From positions 18,352 through 82,351 of the forward strand of contig CAKPLQ010000002.1 of NCBI GenBank assembly GCA_934167685.1: 64,000 nt of DNA, read 5' to 3'. Shown one piece after another: positions 26,161 to 34,014 of this stretch; position 1 is the stretch's first letter, and each line of letters opens with the position of its first letter. A program made the position numbers and the translations under genes. The notes beneath the pieces are model-generated. The model was not told where the DNA came from. It did not search any database and saw nothing but the letters and a program-made list of their open reading frames with translations. The DNA is from an uncultured Clostridia bacterium. Lineage in GTDB: Bacteria; Bacillota; Clostridia; TANB77; CAG-508.

Positions 26161-26949
26161 ATGGCGAATAAAGTAGATGAAACAAAAAATGAACCTACAC
26201 TTGAAGAACAAATTGATGAAAAAACAGCTAGTACACGACTGGAAGAAAAGGCAAAAAAAGAAAAAAGAAAGCGAACCAGAAGAATTGCATTTAGAGTTCT
26301 GTTAGGGCTTATAGTAATATTTATGATTAATGTATATATTATTTTATCAATATTTTATAGAGGCGAAAATTTTACTGTAACACTTGACAGTGAGTACGGA
26401 AGAGAGAGTGGATTAGTTATATACGAAGACAGAAATCAAAAGTATACAAGAACTTTTTTAAGATCTAAAGATATTGACTTTTTTACAGATATATCAGTCA
26501 ACTGGCTACCAGAAAATATCGACAATGAGGGCGATGGCTCACACAATGGAAGAAACTACATTGCTTATACTTTTTATGCAGAAAATATGGGACAAGATAC
26601 AATTAACTATTGGACAACCATAAAAATTGATGACATTGTAAAGAATGTAGATGAAGCTATTAGGGTCATGGTTTTTAAAAATGGTAATAAGGTTATTTAT
26701 GCAAAGAATAACAGAGAAACAGAGCTACCTGAACCAGATACAGTGCCATTTAAAAATGAAGATACTGTAATGTTAGAGTTATCAGAGAACTTCAAAGTGG
26801 GAGATATTGATAAATGGACTGTTGTTGTTTGGGTAGAGGGGGATGATCCAGAGTGCAAAGATGATTTAATTGGTGGAGAAATTAAAATGCATATGACTCT
26901 TACCGAAGAACATATATTGCAGGATGATGAAATTCCACAAAACCAATAA
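26161..26949 (+). CDS. Signal-anchored TasA-like paralogue (charged N-terminus, one TM, beta-rich ectodomain)
   Basis: The TM is IAFRVLLGLIVIFMINVYIILSIF. The C-terminal motif 'VVVWVEGDDPECKDDLIGGEIKMHMTL' parallels 'VYVWIEGQDPDCINYASLGQGLTLNLGL' of 27027-28226. It contains a single Cys. Confidence 0.6.
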   Translation: MANKVDETKNEPTLEEQIDEKTASTRLEEKAKKEKRKRTRRIAFRVLLGLIVIFMINVYIILSIFYRGENFTVTLDSEYGRESGLVIYEDRNQKYTRTFLRSKDIDFFTDISVNWLPENIDNEGDGSHNGRNYIAYTFYAENMGQDTINYWTTIKIDDIVKNVDEAIRVMVFKNGNKVIYAKNNRETELPEPDTVPFKNEDTVMLELSENFKVGDIDKWTVVVWVEGDDPECKDDLIGGEIKMHMTLTEEHILQDDEIPQNQ

Positions 26950-27026
26950 AAGAAAAACAAAAGACAAAAAATGTTTATAAAATTTACCAATAAAAAGAAA
27001 ATAAAAGAAAAGGAAGGAAAGAAAAA

Positions 27027-28226
27027 ATGAGAGAAAAAAATCAAAAAGATTCAAGAAAAAGATTAAATGCTTTAATTTTATTAGTAGCATTTACAGCCGT
27101 ATTGTTGATTGTTTCAACATATGCATGGTTCTCTACACAGAGAAATGTAGTATTAAATGGACTTAGTGGTCAAGTAAACGTGGCAGAAGGACTACAAGTA
27201 TCATTAGATGCAAAACACTGGGTAAACTCAATAAATTTTAGTGATTTTACTCAAACAAGTGCAACATCATGGACTGTAAAAGATTCTGCAACAACAACAT
27301 ATTTAGATGCAGGAAAAACATTCCAAGCACCAGCAGAAGGAATTACAAATGTAGTTCCAACAGAATATTTACCAGTTTCAACAACAGCTCAACAAGATGA
27401 AGGAATAGGAAAAACAGGACTTATAATGTATAATGGTACATATACAGATTCTGAAGGTTTAAAAGGTATAGATATAGCGACAGAAGCATCAGATTCAGGA
27501 TTCTTTGCATTTGATTTATATTTAATGAATACTACATCTGGTGAGTCAACAACAGACAAACTTCAATTGGATTCAGTTTCAGATGTAATTGGTACAAATG
27601 AAGCAACAGGTATCCAAAATACTGTAAGAGTAGGTTTAGCGTTATATGGAAATTCTGGAGCTGCAATGAAAATTGGACAAACTACAGAACCAGATCAAGC
27701 AGCTATTATAGCAGGAACATCTACAGAGAAAAATATAACAGATGTTGCAATTTGGGAACCAAATGCTGATGCACATGCTGATACTATAGTAAACTCAAAA
27801 TCTAACTCACTAAAATTATTAGATAATGATAATACTACATATCAATTAACAGCTAATGCAGCAGGAATTTCAACTTTTGCTAATGGAAAAAAATTACCTA
27901 CATATGCTTTAACAGCAACTTCAAAAACAACTGGAACAATTAAAGATGTATATGATTGGAAAAATAATCCTACTACAACAGGCTTAACAAAACAAAATAC
28001 AACACAAACAGTTGCTCAAACAGGTACAGATGATGCAAGACCTGCTCCAATTGACTTAATGAGCGCTGCAAATGGAACTACTCCTGTTACAATTATAGCA
28101 AATCAATATCAAAAAATGAGAGTTTATGTTTGGATTGAAGGTCAAGACCCTGACTGTATCAACTATGCTTCTTTAGGACAAGGCTTAACTTTAAATCTTG
28201 GATTAAGCAAACCAGAAAATACTTAA
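27027..28226 (+). CDS. Predicted major TasA-like fibre subunit with a SipW-dependent-type signal peptide
   Basis: RBS aaggaaggaaag. The N-terminus is ..LNALILLVAFTAVLLIVSTYAWFSTQRNV. The composition is T/A/G/N/S-rich with a single Cys in the WIEGQDPDC motif. It is the last gene of the run and is followed by a strong terminator. Confidence 0.7.
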   Translation: MREKNQKDSRKRLNALILLVAFTAVLLIVSTYAWFSTQRNVVLNGLSGQVNVAEGLQVSLDAKHWVNSINFSDFTQTSATSWTVKDSATTTYLDAGKTFQAPAEGITNVVPTEYLPVSTTAQQDEGIGKTGLIMYNGTYTDSEGLKGIDIATEASDSGFFAFDLYLMNTTSGESTTDKLQLDSVSDVIGTNEATGIQNTVRVGLALYGNSGAAMKIGQTTEPDQAAIIAGTSTEKNITDVAIWEPNADAHADTIVNSKSNSLKLLDNDNTTYQLTANAAGISTFANGKKLPTYALTATSKTTGTIKDVYDWKNNPTTTGLTKQNTTQTVAQTGTDDARPAPIDLMSAANGTTPVTIIANQYQKMRVYVWIEGQDPDCINYASLGQGLTLNLGLSKPENT

Positions 28227-28258
28227 GATGATAACTAATAAGAAATATATAAGAACAG

Positions 28259-28289
28259 AAGAGACTACATATTAAGCGTAGTCTCTTTT
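28259..28289 (+). terminator. Rho-independent terminator closing the fibre locus
   Basis: aagagactac / gtagtctctt form a 10-bp stem with a 9-nt loop, followed by a T-run. Confidence 0.8.
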
Positions 28290-28317
28290 CGATGTGTGAA
28301 CAAACATTGACCGGTCT
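28287..28317. repeat. Degenerate single unit of the 31-nt repeat
   Basis: tgaacaaacattGACCGGTCTctgcggtgca. The right half is identical to the consensus and the left half is decayed. Confidence 0.5.
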
Positions 28318-28357
28318 CTGCGGTGCAATTTTTTTCGTGAATTTTTTATAAATAAAT

Positions 28358-28386
28358 CTTGACAACATCAAAATGAGAATGTATAA
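28358..28386 (+). promoter_or_regulatory. Consensus sigma-A promoter upstream of 28518
   Basis: TTGACA (28358-63), 17-nt spacer, and TATAAT (28381-86). Confidence 0.6.
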
Positions 28387-28517
28387 TGTACTCAAATTTT
28401 TTATATAGCATTATTTATATTCAAAACATTTATTAATTTTTCAAAGGAGTTTTTACTTCATATTAATAATTAAATCTATTTTTAGATTAAATCAAAATTT
28501 TTAAGGAGGATGGTAAG

Positions 28518-28928
28518 ATGAGTGAAGCCAACGAAAACAACAGTAGCAATAATGAGTTGTTGCTACAAATTTTGCAAACATTAAATATGTTTCAACTACA
28601 AACTACAGCTTCTTTTAATGAATTAAGAGCTGAAATAAAAGAAAATAAAAAAGAGATACAAAAGAGTAGAGAAATTGAAAATGCACATTGGGAAGAGAAC
28701 AAAAGGCTTTGGGCAGAAAACAAAAAACGTTGGGAAGAGAATGACAAACGCTGGGAAGAGAATAACAAACGCTGGGAAGAGAATGACAAACGTTGGGAAC
28801 AAAATGAAAAAACAAGAGAAAAAGAGCATCAAGAATTGTTGGATATTCTTTTACAGTTTGACATTACGATATCAACAAAATTAGGAGACCCAAATGTAGA
28901 AAAAATGAAAAAAGTGCTAGGAATGTAA
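28518..28928 (+). CDS. Small cytoplasmic protein with six tandem heptads WE(E/Q)N(D/N/K)KR (hypothetical)
   Basis: RBS aaggagga. HWEENKRLWAENKKRWEENDKRWEENNKRWEENDKRWEQNEKT is encoded by a 21-nt periodic DNA repeat at about 28688-28810. Confidence 0.6.
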   Translation: MSEANENNSSNNELLLQILQTLNMFQLQTTASFNELRAEIKENKKEIQKSREIENAHWEENKRLWAENKKRWEENDKRWEENNKRWEENDKRWEQNEKTREKEHQELLDILLQFDITISTKLGDPNVEKMKKVLGM

Positions 28929-28948
28929 GGTTACATAAGGTTGAACAC

Positions 28949-28977
28949 TTGACAATTTATACTGAATTTGTTATAAT
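28949..28977 (+). promoter_or_regulatory. Consensus sigma-A promoter with a leader of about 270 nt before rnj
   Basis: TTGACA (28949-54), 17-nt spacer, and TATAAT (28972-77). Confidence 0.6.
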
Positions 28978-29252
28978 CTATATCAGATTGCCAAAGGGGC
29001 AAAGAAGAGATTTTATTTTAATGTATTAAAGAGAGAGAAAAAGTGAATAATTAAAAGGGCGGAAATAAGCGGGAATAAATAGAAGAATTTAAATATGCAT
29101 GAATACTTTAAAAATATTCATGTGTATTAGTGAACTCTATATTTAAAGTTTTGAAGAATTATTGTTAGCCCACTATTGTTCTAATTATTAATTATGTACG
29201 TAAAATGAAATTTAATAGTAAAATTAGAGATAGAGAGGAGAAAAATTAGATT

Positions 29253-31148
29253 ATGACAGATGAAAACAATGCTTTAAAAGATAAAGAGCAAGTAAAAAAA
29301 GCAAAAAGTGTTTCAAAAACTACAGCAGAAAAAAGAAAGAACACAACAAGAAAGAGTACAACAAGAAGAAATTATAGTAAAAATGAAGAGAAAGACTTAA
29401 AAGAAGTAAAAGTCGAAGAAAAACCAGAAAAAAAGAGAACAGCAAAAACAAGAAATACAAGAGGAACAAAAAAGGCAGATATATTCAAAAAATCAAAATT
29501 AAAAATAATTCCATTAGGTGGATTACATGAAATCGGAAAAAATATAACAGTATTTGAATATGAAGATGAAATAATAATAGTAGATTGTGGTATATCATTC
29601 CCAGAAGATGACATGTTAGGGGTTGATTTGGTAATACCAGATGTAACATATTTAATAAAAAATCAAGAGAAAATAAAAGGAATGGTTATAACTCATGGAC
29701 ATGAGGATCACATAGGCGGAATTCCATATTTCCTAAAACAAATTAATGTGCCAATTTATGCAACAAGATTAACTGTAGGGTTGATTAATAATAAATTGGA
29801 AGAACATAAACTATTAAGAAGTACAGAAATGCATACTGTAAATCAAGGAGATACAATCAAACTTGGACAAAATTTTAAAGTAGAATTTATTAGAAGTTCT
29901 CATAGTATACCAGATTCAGTAATGTTAGCAATTACGACACCAGCTGGAACAGTGTTACACACAGGAGACTTTAAAGTAGATTATACACCAATTGATGGAC
30001 AAATTATGGACTTTGGTAGAATTGCAGAATTAGGACAACAAGGAATTTTAGCATTAATGGCAGATAGTACAAATGCTGAAAGAAGAGGATTCACAATGTC
30101 TGAAAGTTCTGTTGGAGAAGTATTTGAAAAATTATTTCTAAATTGTACCAAAAGAATTGTTGTTGCAACATTTGCTTCAAATGTGCACAGAATTCAACAA
30201 ATTGTAAATTCAGCAGTAAAATATGGAAGAAAAATAGCTGTATGTGGTAGAAGTATGATAAATATGATATCTACAGCAATTGAACTTGGGTATATAGACT
30301 GTCCAGAAAATTTATTTATTGATATAGATATGATTGGAAGCTATACAGATGACCAACTTGTAATTATTACAACAGGTAGTCAAGGGGAACCAATGTCAGC
30401 TTTAACAAGAATGGCAGCAGGGGACCATAGAAAAGTAAAAATTACACCAAATGACTTAATTATAATATCAGCGACACCTATTCCAGGTAATGAAAAATAT
30501 GTTTCTAAGGTAATTGATGATTTAATGCAATTAGGTGCAGAGGTTGTATATAGTGCATTAGCTGATGTTCATGTTTCTGGACATGCTTGCCAAGAAGAAC
30601 AAAAATTGATATTAGCTTTAGCTAAACCAAAATATTTTATACCAGTTCATGGTGAATATAGACAATTAAGGGCTCATCAAGAAACAGCAGAATTAATGGG
30701 AATAGATAAAGACAATATATTCATGTTAACAAATGGTAGAGTTCTAGAAATGAATGAAGAAGAAGCAAGATTTAATGGCTCAGTACCAAGTGGAAGAGTA
30801 TTAGTAGACGGCTTAGGTGTTGGGGATGTTGGAAATATAGTTTTAAGAGATAGACAACATCTTGCACAAGACGGTCTTATAGTTATTGTATTAACAATGG
30901 ATTCTCAAACAGGAGAAGTTGTTGCAGGTCCTGATGTAATTTCAAGAGGATTTGTATATGTTAGAGAATCAGAAAATTTAATGGATGATGTAAAGAGTGT
31001 TGTGAGACATGAGGTTTCTAAATGTGAAGAAAGAGGAGTTCGTGACTGGTCAACAATTAAGTCAACTGTTAAAGAAAATTTACGTGATTACTTGTTTATT
31101 AAAACAAAGAGAAATCCAATGATTATACCAATAATAATGGAAGTGTAA
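29253..31148 (+). CDS. rnj: Ribonuclease J (metallo-beta-lactamase/beta-CASP) with a basic N-terminal extension of about 75 aa
   Basis: 'KIIPLGGLHEIGKNITVFEY', 'ITHGHEDHIGGIPY', 'HTGDFKVD', 'HVSGHACQEE', 'IPVHGEYR'. Confidence 0.93.
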   Translation: MTDENNALKDKEQVKKAKSVSKTTAEKRKNTTRKSTTRRNYSKNEEKDLKEVKVEEKPEKKRTAKTRNTRGTKKADIFKKSKLKIIPLGGLHEIGKNITVFEYEDEIIIVDCGISFPEDDMLGVDLVIPDVTYLIKNQEKIKGMVITHGHEDHIGGIPYFLKQINVPIYATRLTVGLINNKLEEHKLLRSTEMHTVNQGDTIKLGQNFKVEFIRSSHSIPDSVMLAITTPAGTVLHTGDFKVDYTPIDGQIMDFGRIAELGQQGILALMADSTNAERRGFTMSESSVGEVFEKLFLNCTKRIVVATFASNVHRIQQIVNSAVKYGRKIAVCGRSMINMISTAIELGYIDCPENLFIDIDMIGSYTDDQLVIITTGSQGEPMSALTRMAAGDHRKVKITPNDLIIISATPIPGNEKYVSKVIDDLMQLGAEVVYSALADVHVSGHACQEEQKLILALAKPKYFIPVHGEYRQLRAHQETAELMGIDKDNIFMLTNGRVLEMNEEEARFNGSVPSGRVLVDGLGVGDVGNIVLRDRQHLAQDGLIVIVLTMDSQTGEVVAGPDVISRGFVYVRESENLMDDVKSVVRHEVSKCEERGVRDWSTIKSTVKENLRDYLFIKTKRNPMIIPIIMEV

Positions 31149-31186
31149 GAGTTTGTTCAAAATAAGTAATACAGAAGGAGAATAAA

Positions 31187-32848
31187 ATGGATTACAAAGA
31201 TTTAGCAAATTTAATCTTTCCAGACGTGGAAGAAATATCATATTATGAAGAAAAATACCCAGAAAGAGATTTACCAGAAGGAGCAATAGTTACAAGATTT
31301 GCTCCTAGTCCAACTGGGTTTGTGCACATAGGTGGTTTGTATCAGGCCTTGGTAGCAAGAACTGTTGCAGAGCAAACAGGAGGAGTATTCTTTTTAAGAG
31401 TTGAAGATACAGACCAAAAAAGAGAAGTAGAAAATGGAGTAACAGGAATAGTAAATTCTTTAAAAGATTTTGATATGGCACCAGATGAAGGAATGATTTC
31501 TGATACAGAAGAAATTGGAAATTATGGACCATATAAACAAAGTTTAAGAAAAGAAATATATCAAGCTTATGCAAAATATATGTTAGAACAAGGAAGGGCA
31601 TATCCATGTTTTTGCACACCAGAAGACTTAGATGAAATAAGAAGCAAGCAAGAATCAGCTAAATTAAGAACTGGATATTATGGAGTTTGGGCAAAATGCA
31701 GAAATTTATCTGTTGAAGAAATGGCAGAAAAAATAAAAGCTGGAGAACCTTACATAATTAGATTTAAATCACCAGGAAGAGAAGATAGAAAGATTAAGCA
31801 CAAAGATGTTATCAAGGGAAATGTAGATTTTCCAGAAAATGACCAAGACATTGTAATAATAAAGGCAGATGGACTTCCAACATATCACTTTGCACATGCA
31901 GTTGATGACCACTTAATGCACACAACACATGTAATAAGAAGTGATGAATGGTTATCATCAGTTCCATTACATTTGCAATTATTCCATGAATTAGGATTTA
32001 AAGCACCAAAATATGCACATATTTCACCAATTATGAAAAATGATAATGGTGGAAAACGTAAATTGAGTAAAAGAAAAGACCCAGAAGCAGCAGTTTCATA
32101 TTACAAAGAACAAGGTGTTCCTACAGATGCAGTAAAAGAATATCTATTAAATATTGCAAATTCTACATTCGAAAATTGGAGAAGAGCAAATCCAGATAAG
32201 AAAATGGAAGAATTTGATTTTCAATTAAACAAGATGAGTGTGAGTGGAGCATTATTTGATATGGTTAAATTATTAGATATTGGTAAAACAGTAATATCTA
32301 AAATGACTGCAGAAGATGTATACGAAAACGCTTTAGAATGGGCAAAAGAGTATAATAGCGAACTTGAAACTTTATTGCAAGACAAAGAATATGCTTTAAA
32401 AGTTTTCGGAATAGAAAGAGGAAATAAAAAGCCAAGAAAAGATATTGCAAAATGGTCAGATGTAAAAGAAAATATTGACTATATGTATGATTCTGAATTT
32501 TACAACAATGCTCAAGAATATCCATATCAACCAGCAATTTCAGACAAAGAAGATATTTCTAAAATATTAGATTTATATATTGAAAAATATTATGATGAAA
32601 ATGATGATAAACAAACTTGGTTTGATAAAATCAAAGAGGTTGCAGGAAAGATGGGATATGCTAAAGAAGTAAAAGAATTTAAAGCAAACCCAGGAATGTA
32701 TAAGGCTCATGTTGGAGATGTTAGTACAGTTTTAAGAGTTGCATTAACTTCTAGAACTAATACTCCTGATATGTACGAAATTATGCAAATTCTTGGAAAA
32801 GATAGAATTGCTAAACGTTTCGAAGTTGCTAAGGAAAATTTAAAATAG
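31187..32848 (+). CDS. gltX: Glutamate--tRNA ligase (long form)
   Basis: 'TRFAPSPTGFVHIGG' (HIGH), 'FLRVEDTDQKR', 'KLSKRKD' (KMSKS). Confidence 0.92.
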   Translation: MDYKDLANLIFPDVEEISYYEEKYPERDLPEGAIVTRFAPSPTGFVHIGGLYQALVARTVAEQTGGVFFLRVEDTDQKREVENGVTGIVNSLKDFDMAPDEGMISDTEEIGNYGPYKQSLRKEIYQAYAKYMLEQGRAYPCFCTPEDLDEIRSKQESAKLRTGYYGVWAKCRNLSVEEMAEKIKAGEPYIIRFKSPGREDRKIKHKDVIKGNVDFPENDQDIVIIKADGLPTYHFAHAVDDHLMHTTHVIRSDEWLSSVPLHLQLFHELGFKAPKYAHISPIMKNDNGGKRKLSKRKDPEAAVSYYKEQGVPTDAVKEYLLNIANSTFENWRRANPDKKMEEFDFQLNKMSVSGALFDMVKLLDIGKTVISKMTAEDVYENALEWAKEYNSELETLLQDKEYALKVFGIERGNKKPRKDIAKWSDVKENIDYMYDSEFYNNAQEYPYQPAISDKEDISKILDLYIEKYYDENDDKQTWFDKIKEVAGKMGYAKEVKEFKANPGMYKAHVGDVSTVLRVALTSRTNTPDMYEIMQILGKDRIAKRFEVAKENLK

Positions 32849-32928
32849 TAGAATAGAATGAACTTAATGACATAATAAGCAAATATTTATAAAAAAATAA
32901 TTGCTAAAATTAGAAGGAGGAAATCAAT

Positions 32929-33123
32929 ATGGATTACAATATTGGAGATATAGTTAGAACTAAAAAGCCACATCCATGTGGGAGCAAACTATGGGAAATA
33001 ACCAGAGTTGGCGTTGATTTTAAACTAAAATGCCAAGGTTGTGGACATATTGTAGTTCTTGAAAGACCAAAAGCTTTAAAGGCAATAACTAAAATAGAAA
33101 AGAAAGCTGAAGAAAACACATAG
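32929..33123 (+). CDS. DUF951-family small protein
   Basis: 'GDIVRTKKPHPCGS..WEI.R.G.D...KC.GCGH.V...R' is the pattern typical of DUF951. RBS aggagga. Confidence 0.7.
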   Translation: MDYNIGDIVRTKKPHPCGSKLWEITRVGVDFKLKCQGCGHIVVLERPKALKAITKIEKKAEENT

Positions 33124-33147
33124 AAAGAATTAGAAATATAAATAAAA

Positions 33148-33196
33148 TGAACTTAAATTATTAAATTAGCTCTTAATAATTTGAGTTCATTTTTTT
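33148..33196. terminator. Bidirectional terminator between convergent genes
   Basis: tgaacttaaattatt / aataatttgagttca arms form about 15 bp with one mismatch. An A-run lies 5' and T7 lies 3'. Confidence 0.6.
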
Positions 33197-33201
33197 ATAG
33201 A

Positions 33202-33786
33202 TTATGACAAATAAGATTCAATAACATTCCAAGCTTCATCGCTATAAATTTTTCGTTCAGAAGAAAATGGAAGAGTAGTAATATCACCGATAGGATTTAG
33301 TTGTTTTTGAATATTTTTAGTAGCATCATCTACTTTAGTTTTAGCTATTTTATCAGCTTTATTAGCTATAATCATACAAGGAAGCCCACTTCTTATAACA
33401 TAATCATACATCAAAAAGTCATTAGAAGTAGGGTCATGTCTAATATCAACTAAAAATATAATAAGACAGATTTCTTGGCGATGTTTTAGGTAATATTCAA
33501 TAAACTCACCAACTTTAACTTGTTCTTGCTTAGACATTTTGCTATAACCATAACCAGGTAAATCAACAAAATAAAATTTGTCGTCCATGTTATAAAAATT
33601 TAATTGACGAGTTTTTCCTGGTTCGCTACTTGTACGAGCTAATTTTTTTCTATTAATCATTGTATTTATAAAACTTGATTTCCCAACATTAGATTTTCCA
33701 ACTAAAACTACTTCTGGTAGGCCGTTTTTTGGATATTGATTTTCTCTTACTGCTGAGATTTCAAATTTTGGATTTTTTATTATCAT
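33202..33786 (-). CDS. engB: Ribosome-biogenesis GTPase EngB/YsxC
   Basis: 'VGKSNVGKSSFIN', 'SEPGKTRQLNFY', 'VDLPGYGY', 'NKADK'. The start is placed at M13 of the ORF (MIIKNPKF), with aaggaat upstream; the longer ORF runs into the repeat. Confidence 0.9.
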   Translation of the reverse strand: MIIKNPKFEISAVRENQYPKNGLPEVVLVGKSNVGKSSFINTMINRKKLARTSSEPGKTRQLNFYNMDDKFYFVDLPGYGYSKMSKQEQVKVGEFIEYYLKHRQEICLIIFLVDIRHDPTSNDFLMYDYVIRSGLPCMIIANKADKIAKTKVDDATKNIQKQLNPIGDITTLPFSSERKIYSDEAWNVIESYLS

Positions 33787-33817
33787 AATATATAATTCCT
33801 TTCTTTTTGGCACTGAC

Positions 33818-33899
33818 TGCACCGATGGGACCGGTTCTCAACGGTGCAAAAATGCATCATTTTGAAACTGCACCGCAGAGAACCGGTCCCAAACGTGCA
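33818..33899. repeat. Inverted pair of the 31-nt repeat (33818-33848 and 33869-33899, 20-nt spacer)
   Basis: tgcaccgatGGGACCGGTTCTcaacggtgca ... tgcaccgcagAGAACCGGTCCCaaacgtgca. It lies 32 nt upstream of the engB start. Confidence 0.85.
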
Positions 33900-33914
33900 A
33901 ATTTTAATAAAGTA

Positions 33915-33935
33915 AAAGGCTCAAATAGAGCCTTT
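33915..33935 (-). terminator. Likely purA terminator
   Basis: aaaggctc / gagccttt form an 8-bp stem with a 5-nt loop. The sequence is T-rich downstream on the minus strand. Confidence 0.5.
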
Positions 33936-34014
33936 AGTGGTAAGTTTTTGTAACGTGTTTGATATTGGCCTTTTATTAATTTATTAATATTAAATCAAAT
34001 AAAATAATTAAGGT

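Noticed and set aside
28592-28884. Four overlapping alternative-frame ORFs across the WEEN heptad region.
   Set aside because: - They are by-products of the 21-nt periodic repeat.
- Only the 28518-28928 frame has an RBS, a consensus promoter and a sensible N- and C-terminus.
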